This document shows positions 43,801-57,001 of a stretch of DNA of 64,000 nt, in pieces. The DNA is taken from assembly GCF_036365525.1 (NCBI RefSeq), contig NC_090378.1, positions 120,575,593-120,639,592 on the forward strand, written 5' to 3'. Made by a program: the position numbers and the translations under genes. This DNA comes from Heterodontus francisci (taxonomy: Eukaryota). The number at the start of each line of letters is the position of its first letter. The first letter of the stretch is position 1. The notes beneath the pieces are model-generated. The model did not search any database and was not told the DNA's origin. It saw nothing but the letters and a program-made list of their open reading frames with translations.

Positions 43801-46800
43801 ATTATATATTATATATAACTGTGGAACGTGTCAGTCGAGGAGGTGGGACTGTGTGTCCATTATTATATATTATATTTAACTGTGGGATGTGTCAGTACAG
43901 GAGGTGGGACTGTGTGTCCATTATTATATATTATATATAACTGTGGAACGTGTCAGTCGAGGACTTGGGACTGTGTGTCCATTATTATATATTATATTTA
44001 ACTGTGGGATGTGTCAGTACAGGAGGTGGGACTGTGTGTCCATTATTATATATTATATATAACTGTGGGGTCTGTCAGTACAGGAGGTGGGACTGTGTGT
44101 CCATTATTATATATTATATATAACTGTGGAACGTGTCAGTCGAGGAGGTGGGACTGTGTGTCCATTATTATATATTATATTTAACTGTGGGATGTGTCAG
44201 TACAGGAGGTGGGACTGTGTGTCCATTATTATATATTATATATAACTGTGGGATGTGTCAGTACAGGAGGTGGGACTGTGTGTCCATTATTATAAATTAT
44301 ATATAACTGTGGGATGTGTCAGTGCAGGAGGTGGGACTGTGTGTCCATTATTATATATTATATATAACTGTGGGATGTGTCAGTACAGGATGTGGGACTG
44401 TGTGTCCATTATCATAAATTATATACAACTGTGGGATGTGTCAGTAAAGGAGGTGGGACTGTGTGTCCATTATTATATATTATATATAACTGTGGGATGT
44501 GTCAGTGCGGGAGGTGGGACTGTGTGTCCATTATTATATATTATCTATAACTGTGGGATGTGTCAGTGCGGGAGGTGGGACTGTGTATCCATTATTATAT
44601 ATTATATATAACTGTGGGATTTGTCAGGACTGGAGGTGGGACTGTGAGTCCATTATTATATATTATATATAAATGTGGAACATGTCAGTCGGGTAGGTGG
44701 GACTGTGCGTCCATTATTATATATTATATATAACTGTGGGATGTCAGTGCGGGAGGTGGGACTGTGTATCCATTATTATATATTATATATAACTGTGGGA
44801 TTTGTCAGGACTGGAGGTGGGACTGTGTGTCCATTATTATATATTATATATAACTGTGGGATGTGTCAGTGCGGGAGGTGGGACTGTGTGTCCATTATTA
44901 TATACTATATATAACTGTGAGATGTGTCAGTGCGGGAGGTGGGACTGTGTGTCCATTATTATATACTATATATAACTGTGGGATGTGTCAGTGCGGGAGG
45001 TGGGACTGTGTGTCCATTATTATATACTATATATAACTGTGAGATGTGTCAGTGCGGGAGGTGGGACTGTGTGTCTTTTATTATATACTATATATAACTG
45101 TGGGATGTGTCAGTGCGGGAGGTGGGACTGTGTGTCCATTATTATATATTATATATAACTGTGGGATGTGTCAGTGCAGGTGGTGGGACAGTGTGTCCAT
45201 TATTATATATTATATATAACTGTGGGATGTTTCAGTGCGGGAGGTGGGACTGTGTTTCCATTATTATATATTATATATAACTGTGGGATGTGTCATAATG
45301 GGAGGTGGGACTGTGTTTCCATTATTATATATTATATATAACTGTGGGATGTGTCAGTGCAGGTGGTGGGACAGTGTGTCCATTATTATATATTATATAT
45401 AACTGTGGGATGTTTCAGTGCGGGAGGTGGGACTGTGTTTCCATTATTATATATTATATATAACTGTGGGATGTGTCAGTGCGGGAGGTGGGACTGTGTG
45501 TCCATTATTATATATTATATATAACTGTGGAACGTGTCAGTCGAGGAGGTGGTACTGTGCGTCCATTATTATATATTATATATAACTGTGGGATGTGTCA
45601 GTGCGGTAGGTGGGACTGTCTGTCCATTATTATATATTATATATAACTGTGGAACGTGTCAGTCGAGGAGGTGGCACGGTGCGTCCATTATTATATATTA
45701 TATATAACTGTGGGATGTGTCAGTGCAGGAGGTGGGACTGTGTGTCCATTATTATATATTATATATAACTGTGGAACGTGTCAGTCGAGGAGGTGGGACT
45801 GTGCGTCCATTACTATATATTATATATAACTGTGGAACGTGTAAATCAAGGAGGTGGGACTGTGTCTCCATTATTATATATTATATATAACTGTGGAACG
45901 TGTCAGTCGAGGAGGTGGGACTGTGCGTCCCTGATTATATATTATATATAACTGTGGAAAGTGTCAGTCGAGGAGGTGGGACTGTGTGTCCATTATTATA
46001 TATTATATATAATTGTCGGATGTGTCAGTGCGGGAGGTGGGACTGTGTGTCCATTATTATATACTATATATAACTGTGGGATGTGTCAGTGCGGGAGGTG
46101 GGACTGTGTGTCCATTATTATATACTATATATAACTGTGGGATGTGTCAGTGCGGGAGGTGGGACTGTGTGTCCATTATTATATATTATATATAACTCTC
46201 GGATGTGTCAGTACAGGTGGTGGGACTGTGTGTCCATTATTATATATTATATATAACTGTGGGATGTGTCAGTGCGGGAGGTGGGACTGTGTGTCCATTA
46301 TTATATACTATATATAACTGTGGGATGTGTCAGTGCGGGAGGTGGGACTGTGTGTCCATTATTATTATTATATATAACTGTGGGATGTGTCAGTGCAGGA
46401 GGTGGGACTGTGTGTCGATTATTATATATTATATATAACTGTGGGATGTGTCAGTGCAGGTGGTGGGACAGTGTGTCCATTATTATATATTATATATAAC
46501 TGTGGGATGTTTCAGTGCGGGAGGTGGGACTGTGTTTCCATTATTATATATTATATATAACTGTGGAACATGTCAGTCGAGGAGGTGGGACTGTGCGTCC
46601 ATTATTATATATTATATATAACTGTGGGATGTGTCAGTGCGGGAGGTGGGACTGTGTGTCCATTATTATATATTATATATAACTGTGGGATGTGTCAGTG
46701 CGGGAGGTGGGACTGTGTGTCCATTATTATATATTATATCTAACTGTGGGATGTGTCAGTGCGGGAGGTGGGACTGTCTGTCCATTATTATATATTATAT

Positions 46801-49800
46801 ATAACTGTGGAACGTGTCAGTCGAGGAGGTGGCACGGTGCGTCCATTAATATATATTATATATAACTGTGGGATGTGTCAGTGCAGGAGGTGGGACTGTG
46901 TGTCCATTATTATATATTATATATAACTGTGGGATGTGTCAGTGCGGGAGGTGGGACTGTCTGTCCATTATTATATATTATATATAACTGTGGAACGTGT
47001 CAGTCGAGGAGGTGGCACGGTGCGTCCATTAATATATATTATATATAACTGTGGGATGTGTCAGTGCAGGAGGTGGGACTGTGTGTCCATTATTATATAT
47101 TATATATAACTGTGGAACGTGTCAGTCGAGGAGGTGGCACGGTGCGTCCATTAATATATATTATATATAACTGTGGAACGTGTCAATACAGGAGGTGGGA
47201 CTGTGCGTCCATTATTAGATATTATATATAACTGTGGGATGTGTCAGTGCGGGAGGTGGGACTGTCTGTCCATTATTATATATTATATATAACTGTGGAA
47301 CGTGTCAGTCGAGGAGGTGGCACGGTGCATCCATTAATATATATTATATATAACTGTGGGATGTGTCAGTGCAGGAGGTGGGACTGTGTGTCCATTATTA
47401 TATATTATGTATAACTGTGGAACGTGTCAGTCGAGGAGGTGGGACTGTGCGTCCATTATTAGATATTATATATAACTGTGGGATGTGTCAGTGCGGGAGG
47501 TGGGACTGTGTGTCCATTACTATATATTATATATAACTGTGGAAAGTGTAAATCAAGGAGGTGGGACTGTGTCTCCATTATTATATATTATATCGAACTG
47601 TGGAACGTGTCAGTCGAGGAGGTGGGACTGTGCGTCCATTATTATATATTATATATAACTGTGGAAAGTGTCAGTCGAGGAGGTGGGACTGTGTGTCCAT
47701 TCTTATATATTATATATAACTGTGGGATGTGTCAGTGCGGGAGGTGGGACTGTGTGTCCATTATTATATATTATATATAACTGTGGGATGTGTCAGTACA
47801 GGAGGTGGGACTGTGTGTCCATTATTATATATTATATATAACTGTGGAACGTGTCAGTCGAGGAGGTGGGACTGTGCGTCCATTATTATATATTATATAT
47901 AACTGTGGGATGTGTCAGTTCGGGAGGTGGGACTGTGTGTCCATTATTATATATCATATATAAATGTGGGATGTGTCAGTGCAGGAGGTGGGACTGTGTG
48001 TCCATTATTATATATTATATATAACTGTCGGATGTGTCAGTGCGGGAGGTGGGACTGTGTGTCCATTATTATATATTCTAGATAACTGTCGGATGTGTCA
48101 GTACAGGAGGTGGGACTGTGTGTCCAATATTATGTCTTATATATAACTGTGGGATGTGTCAGTGCGGGAGGTGGGACTGTGTGTCCATGAACATTTATTA
48201 TATATAACTGTGGGATGTGTCAGTACAGGACGTGGGACTGTGAGCCCATTATTATATATTCTAGATAACAGTGGGATCTGTCAGGACAGGAGGTGGGGCT
48301 GTGTGTCCAATATTATATATTATATATAACTGTCGGATGTGTCAGTACAGGAGGTGGGACTGTGTGTCCAATATTATGTCTTATATATAACTGTGGGACG
48401 TGTCAGTCCAGGAGGTGGGACTGTGTGTCCATTATTATATATTAGATATAACTGTGGGATGTGTCAGTACAGGAGGTGGGACTGTGTGTCCATTATTATA
48501 TATTATATATAAATGTGGGATGTGTCAGTGCAGGAGGTGGGACTGTGTGTCCATTATTATATATTATATATAACTGTGGGATGTGTCAGTGCGGGAGGTG
48601 GGACTGTGTGTCCATGAACATATATTATATATAACTGTGGGATGTGTCAGTACAGGACGTGGGACTGTGAGCCCATTATTATATATTCTAGATAACAGTG
48701 GGATGTGTCAGTACAGGGGGTGGGACTGTGTGTCCATTATTATATATTATATATAACTGTGGGATGTGTCAGTGCAGGAGGTGGGACTTTGTGTCCATTA
48801 TTATATATTATATATAACTGAGGGATGTGTCAGGACAGGAGGTGGGACTGTGTGTCGATTATTATATATTATATATAACTGTGGGATGTGTCAGTACAGG
48901 AGGTGGGACTGTGTGTCCATTATTATATATTATATATAAATGTGGGATGTGTCAGTGCAGGAGGTGGGACTGTGTGTCCATTATTATATATTATATATAA
49001 CTGTGGGATGTGTCAGAGCGGGAGGTGGGATTTTGTGTCCATTATTATATATAATATATAAATGTGGGATGTGTCAGTGCAGGAGGTGGGACTGTGTGTC
49101 CATTATTATCTATTATATATAACTGTGGGATGTGTCAGTGCGGGAGGTGGGACTGTGTGTCCATTATTATATATGATATATAACTGTGGGATGTGTCAGT
49201 GCGGGAGGTGGGACTGTGTGTCCATTATTATATATTATATATAACTGTGGGTTGTGTCAGTAGAGGAGGTGGGACTGTGAGTCCATTATTATATATAATA
49301 TATAATTGTGGGATGTGTCAGTGCAGGAGGTGGGACTGTGTGTCCAATATTATATATTATATATAACTGTGGGATGTGTCAGTGCGGGAGGTGGGACTGT
49401 GTGTCCATTATTATATATTATATATAACTGTGGAACGTGTCAGTGTGGGAGGTGGGACTATGCGTCCATTATTATATATTATATATAACTGTGGAAAGTG
49501 TCAGTCGAGGAGGTGGGACTGTGTGTCCATTATTATATATTATATATAACTGTGGGATGTGTCAGTGCGGGAGGTGGGACTGTGTGTCCATTATTATATA
49601 TTATATATAACTGTGGGATGTGTCAGTACAGGAGGTGGGACTGTGTGTCCAATATTATGTCTTATATATAACTGTGGGACGTGTCAGTCCAGGAGGTGGG
49701 ACTGTGTGTCCATTATTATATATTAGATATAACTGTGGGATGTGTCAGTACAGGAGGTGGGACTGTGTGTCCATTATTATATATTAAATATAACTGTGGG

Positions 49801-52800
49801 ATGTGTCAGTACAGGAGGTGGGACTGTGTGTCCATTATTATATATTATATATAAATGTGGGATGTGTCAGTGCAGGAGGTGGGACTGTGTGTCCATTATT
49901 ATATATTATATATAACTGTGGGATGTGTCAGTGCGGGAGGTGGGACTGTGTGTCCATGAACATATATTATATATAACTGTGGGATGTGTCAGTACAGGAC
50001 GTGGGACTGTGAGCCCATTATTATATATTCTAGATAACAGTGGGATGTGTCAGTACAGGGGGTGGGACTGTGTGTCCATTATTATTTATTATATATAACT
50101 GAGGGATGTGTCAGGACAGGAGGTGGGACTGTGTGTCCATTATTATATATTATATATAACTGTGGGATGGGTCAGTGCGGGAGGTGGGACTGTGTGTCGA
50201 TTATTATATATTATATATAACTGTGGGATGTGTCAGAGCGGGAGGTGGGATTTTGTGTCCATTATTATATATAATATATAAATGTGGGATGTGTCAGTGC
50301 AGGAGGTGGGACTGTGTGTCCATTATTATCTATTATATATAACTGTGGGTTGTGTCAGTAGAGGAGGTGGGACTGTGTGTCCATTATTATCTATTATATA
50401 TAACTGTGGGATGTGTCAGTGCGGGAGGTGGGACTGTGTATCCATTATTATATAATATATATAACTGTGGGTTGTGTCAGTAGAGGAGGTGGGACTGTGA
50501 GTCCATTATTATATATTATATATAATTGTGGGATGTGTCAGTGCAGGAGGTGGGACTGTGTGTCCAATATTATATATTATATATAACTGTGGGATGTGTC
50601 AGTGCGGGAGGTAGGACTGTGTGTCCAATATTATATATTATATATAACTGTGGGTTGTGTCAGTAGAGGAGGTGGGACTGTGAGTCCATTATTATATATA
50701 ATATATAATTGTGGGATGTGTCAGTGCGGGAGGTGGGACTGTGTGTCCATTATTATATATTATCTATAACTGTGGGTTGTGTCAGTAGAGGAGGTGGGAC
50801 TGTGAGTCCATTATTATATATAATATATAATTGTGGGATGTGTCAGTGCGGGAGGTGGGACTGTGTATCCAATATTATATATTATGTATAACTGTGGGAT
50901 GTGTCAGTGCAGGAGTTGGGACTGTGTGTCCAATATTATATATTATGTATAACTGTGGGTTGTGTCAGTAGAGGAGGTGGGACTGTGAGTCCATTATTAT
51001 ATATAATATATAATTGTGGGATGTGTCAGTGCAGGAGGTGGGACTGTGTGTCCAATATTATATATTATATATAACTGTGGGATGTGTCAGTGCGGGAGGT
51101 GGGACTGTGTGTCCATTATTATATATTATATATAACTGTGGAACGTGTCAGTGTGGGAGGTGGGACTATGCGTCCATTATTATATATTATATATAACTGT
51201 GGAAAGTGTCAGTCGAGGAGGTGGGACTGTGTGTCCATTATTATATATTATATATAACTGTGGGATGTGTCAGTGCGGGAGGTGGGACTGTGTGTCCATT
51301 ATTATATATTATATATAACTGTGGGATGTGTCAGTACAGGAGGTGGGACTGTGTGTCCATTATTATATATTATATATAACTGTCGAACGTGTCAGTCGAG
51401 GAGGTGGGACTGTGCGTCCAATATTATATATTATATATAACTGTGGGATGTGTCAGTGCGGGAGGTGGGACTGTGTGTCCATTATTATATATCATATATA
51501 AATGTGGGATGTGTCAGTACAGGAGGTGGGACTGTGTGTCCACTATTATATATTATATATAACTGTGGGATGTGTCAGTGCAGGAGGTGGGACTGTGTGT
51601 CCATTATTATATATTATATATAACTGTGGGATGTGTCAGTCCAGGAGGTGGGACTGTGTGTCCACTATTATATATTATATATAACTGTGGGATGTGTCAG
51701 TGCAGGAGGTGGGACTGTGTGTCCATTATTATATATTATATATAACTGTCGGATGTTTCAGTGAGGGAGGTGGGACTGTGTGTCCATTATTATATATTCT
51801 AGATAACTGTCGGATGTGTCAGTACAGGAGGTGGGACTGTGTGTCCATTATTATATATCATATATAAATGTGGGATGTGTCAGTACAGGAGGTGGGACTG
51901 TGTGTCCATTATTATATATTATATATAACTGTGGGATGTGTCAGTGCAGGAGGTGGGACTGTGTGTCCATTATTATATATTATATATAACTGTCGGATGT
52001 GTCAGTGCGGGAGGTGGGACTGTGTGTCCATTATTATATATTCTAGATAACTGTCGGATGTGTCAGTACAGGAGGTGGGACTGTGTGTCCAATATTATGT
52101 CTTATATATAACTGTGGGATGTGTCAGTGCGGGAGGTGGGACTGTGTGTCCATGAACATATATTATATATAACTGTGGGATGTGTCAGTACAGGACTTGG
52201 GCCTGTGAGCCCATTATTATATATTCTAGATAACAGTGGGATCTGTCAGGACAGGAGGTGGGGCTATGTGTCCAATATTATATATTATATATAACTGTCG
52301 GATGTGTCATAATGGGAGGTGGGACTGTGTTTCCAATATTATATATTATATATAACTGTGGAACGTGTCAGTCGAGGAGGTGGGACTGTGCGTCCATTAT
52401 TATATATTATATGTAACTGTGGGATGTGTCAGTGCGGGAGGTGGGACTGTCTGTCCATTATTATATATTATATATAACTGTGGAACGTGTCAGTCGAGGA
52501 GGTGGCACGGTGCGTCCATTATTATATATTATATATAACTGTGGGATGTGTCAGTGCAGGAGGTGGGACTGTGTGTCCATTATTATATATTATATATAAC
52601 TGTGGAACGTGTCAGTCGAGGAGGTGGGACTGTGCGTCCATTATTAGATATTATATATAACTGTGGGATGTGTCAGTGCGGGAGGTGGGACTGTGTGTCC
52701 ATTACTATATATTATATATAACTGTGGAACGTGTAAATCAAGGAGGTGGGACTGTGTCTCCATTATTATATATTATATATAACTGTGGAACGTGTCAGTC

Positions 52801-55800
52801 GAGGAGGTGGGACTGTGCGTCCCTTATTATATATTATATATAACTGTGGAAAGTGTCAGTCGAGGAGGTGGGACTGTGTGTCCATTATTATATATTATAT
52901 ATAACTGTGGGATGTGTCAGTGCGGGAGGTGGGACTGTGTGTCCATTATTATATGTTATATATAACTGTGGGATGTGTCAGTACAGGAGGTGGGACTGTG
53001 TGTCCATTATTATATATTATATATAACTGTGGAACGTGTCAGTCGAGGAGGTGGGACTGTGCGTCCATTATTATATATTATATATAACTGTGGGATGTGT
53101 CAGTGCGGGAGGTGGGACTGTGTGTCCATTATTATATATCATATATAAATGTGGGATGTGTCAGTGCAGGAGGTGGGACTGTGTGTCCATTATTATATAT
53201 TATATATAACTGTCGGATGTGTCAGTGCGGGAGGTGGGACTGTGTGTCCATTATTATATATTCTAGATAACTGTCGGATGTGTCAGTACAGGAGGTGGGA
53301 CTGTGTGTCCAATATTATGTCTTATATATAACTGTGGGATGTGTCAGTACAGGACGTGGGACTGTGAGCCCATTATTATATATTCTAGATAACAGTGGGA
53401 TCTGTCAGGACAGGAGGTGGGGCTGTGTGTCCATTATTATATATTATATATAACTGTGGGATGCGTCAGTACAGGAGGTGGGACTGTGTGTCCATTATTA
53501 TATATTATATATAACTGTGGGATGCGTCAGTACAGGAGGTGGGACTGTGTGTCCATTATTATATATTATATATAACTTTGGGATGTGTCAGTGCGGGAGG
53601 TGGGACTGTGTGTCCATTATTATATATTATATATAACTGTGGGATGTGTCAGTACAGGAGGTGGGACTGTGTGTTCATTATGATATATTATATATAACTG
53701 TGGGACGTGTCAGTGCAGGGCTTGGGACTGTGTATCCATTATTATATATTATATATAACTGTGGGATGTGTCAGTACAGGAGGTGGGACAGTGTGTCCAT
53801 TATTATATATTATATATAACTGTGGGACGTGTCAGTGCAGGGGTTGGGACTGTGTATCCATTATTATGTATTATATATAACTGTGGGATGTGTCAGTACA
53901 GGAGGTGGGACTGTGTGTCCATTATTATATATTATATATAACTGTGGGACGTGTCAGTGCAGGGGTTGGGACTGTGTATCCATTATTATATATTATATAT
54001 AACTGTGGGATGTGTCAGTACAGGAGGTGGGACTGTGTATCCATTATTATATATTAGATATAACTGTGGGACGTGTCAGTGCAGGGGTTGGGACTGTGTA
54101 TCCATTATTATATATTATATATAACTGTGGGATGTGTCAGTACAGGAGGTGGGACTGTGTGTTCATTATTATATATTATATATAACTGTGGGCCGTGTCA
54201 GTACAGGAGCTGGGACTGTGTGTCCATTATTATATATTATATATAACTGTGGGACGTGTCAGTGCAGGGGTTGGGACTGTGTATCCATTATTATATATTA
54301 TATATAACTGTGGGATGTGTCAGTACAGGAGGTGGGACTGTGTGTCCATTATTATATATTATATATAACTGTGGGACGTGTCAGTGCAGGGGTTGGGACT
54401 GTGTATCCATTATTATATATTATATATAACTGTGGGATGTGTCAGTACAGGAGGTGGGACTGTGTGTCCATTATTATATATTATATATAACTGTGGGACG
54501 TGTCAGTGCAGGGGTTGGGACTGTGTATCCATTATTATATATTATATATAACTGTGGGATGTGTCAGTGCGGGAGGTGGGACTGTGTGTCCATTATTATA
54601 TATTATATATAACTGTGGGATGTGTCAGTACAGGAGGTGGGACTGTGTGTTCATTATGATATATTATATATAACTGTGGGACGTGTCAGTGCAGGGCTTG
54701 GGACTGTGTATCCATTATTATATATTATATATAACTGTGGGATGTGTCAGTACAGGAGGTGGGACTGTGTGTCCATTATTATATATTATATATAACTGTG
54801 GGATGTGTCAGTGCAGGGGTTGGGACTGTGTGTTCATTATTATATATTATATATAACTGTGGGACGTGTCAGTGCAGGGGTTGGGACTGTGTATCCATTA
54901 TTATATATTATATATAACTGTGGGACGTGTCAGTGCAGGGGTTGGGACTGTGTGTTCATTATTATATATTATATATAACTGTGGGCCGTGTCAGTACAGG
55001 AGGTGGGAATGTGTGTCCATTATTATATATTATATATCACTGTGGGATGCGTCAGTCTCGGAGGTGGGACTGTGCGTCCATTATTATATATTATATATAA
55101 CTGTGGGCCGTGTCAGTACAGGAGGTGGGAATGTGTGTCCATTATTATATATTATATATAACTGTGGGCCGTGTCAGTACAGGAGGTGGGACTGTCTGTC
55201 CATTATTATATATTATATATAACTGTGGGATGCGTCAGTATAGGAGGTGGGACTGTGCGTCCATTATTATATATTATATATAACTGTGGGATGTGTCAGT
55301 ACAGGAGCTGGGACTGTGTGTCCATTATTATATATTATATATAACTGTGGGATGCGTCAGTATAGGAGGTGGGACTGTGCGTCCATTATTATATATTATA
55401 TATTACTGTGGGCCGTGTCAGTACAGGAGCTGGGACTGTGTGTCCATTATTATATATTATATATAACTGTGGGATGCGTCAGTACAGGAGGTGGGACTGT
55501 GTGTTCATTATTATATATTATATATAACTGTGGGCCGTGTCAGTACAGGAGGTGGGACTGTGTGTCCATTATTATATATTATATATAACTGTGGGCCGTG
55601 TCAGTACAGGAGCTGGGACTGTGTGTCCATTATTATATATTATATATAACTGTGGGATGCGTCAGTACAGGAGGTGGGACTGTGTGTTCATTATTATATA
55701 TTATATATAACTGTGGGCCGTGTCAGTACAGGAGCTGGGACTGTGTGTCCATTATTATATATTATATATAACTGTGGGCCGTGTCAGTACAGGAGCTGGG

Positions 55801-56968
55801 ACTGTGTGTCCATTATTATATATTATATATAACTGTGGGATGCGTCAGTACAGGAGGTGGGACTGTGTGTTCATTATTATATATTATATATAACTGTGGG
55901 CCGTGTCAGTACAGGAGGTGGGACTGTGTATCCATTATTATATATTATATATAACTGTGGGCCGTGTCAGTGCTGGAGGTGGGACTGTGTGTCCATTATT
56001 ATATATTATATATAACTGTGGGCCGTGTCAGTACAGGAGGTGGGACTGTGTGTCCATTATTATATATTGTATATAACTGTGGGCCGTGTCAGTACAGGAG
56101 GTGGGACTGTGTGTCCATTATTATATATTATATATAACTGTGGGCCGTGTCAGTACAGGAGGTGGGACTGTGTGTCCATTATTATATATTGTATATAACT
56201 GTGGGCCGTGTCAGTACAGGAGGTGGGACTGTGTATCCATTATTATATATTATATATAACTGTGGGATGTGTCAGTACAGGAGGTGGGACTGTGTGTCCA
56301 TTATTATATATTATATATAACTGTGGGCCGTGTCAGTACAGGAGGTGGGACTGTGTGTCCATTATTATATATTATATATAACTGTGGGCCGTGTCAGTAC
56401 AGGAGGTGGGACTGTGTGTCCATTATTATATATTATATATAACTGTGGGCCGTGTCAGTACAGGAGGTGGGACTGTGTGTCCATTATTATATATTATATA
56501 TAACTGTGGGCCATGTCAGTACAGGAGGTGGGACTGTGTGTCCATTATTATATATTATATATAACTGTGGGATGCGTCAGTACAGGAGGTGGGACTGTGT
56601 GTCCATTATTATATATTATATATAACTGTGGGATGTGTCAGTACAGGAGGTGGGACTGTGTGTCCATTATTATATATTATATATAACTGTGGGCCGTGTC
56701 AGTGCTGGAGGTGGGACTGTGTGTCTATTATTATATATTATATATAACTGTGGGATGTGTCAGTACAGGAGGTGGGACTGTGAGTCCATTATTATATATT
56801 ATATATAACTGTGGGACGTGTCAGTACAGGAGGTGGGACTGTGTGTCCATTATTATATATTATATATAACTGTGGGATGTGTCAGTGCAGGAGGTGGGAC
56901 TGTGTGTCCATTATTATATATTATATATAACTGTGGGATGTGTCAGGACAGGAGGTGGGACTGTGTGT
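13817..56968. repeat. ~43-kb tandem array of a 61-bp unit (~700 copies) with higher-order repeats, filling the V-J interval
   Basis: Consensus aactgtgggatgtgtcagt(a/g)c(a/g)ggaggtgggactgtgtgtccattattatatattatatat; uninterrupted by other elements; multi-kb duplicated blocks visible as repeated ORFs. Confidence 0.98.
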
Positions 56969-56973
56969 ATTGA

Positions 56974-57001
56974 GGTTTTTGTAAGGCTCTGTCTCACTGT
57001 G
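56974..57001 (-). other. 12-RSS of the V segment (perfect consensus)
   Basis: Minus strand CACAGTG-agacagagcctt(12 bp)-ACAAAAACC immediately after the V coding end; V12/J23 is the kappa configuration. Confidence 0.97.

Noticed and set aside
13817-56968. CRISPR-like array or repeated small genes (the many 60-118 aa ORFs)
   Set aside because: No unique spacers, no cas genes, vertebrate context; the ORFs are translations of the 61-bp unit.
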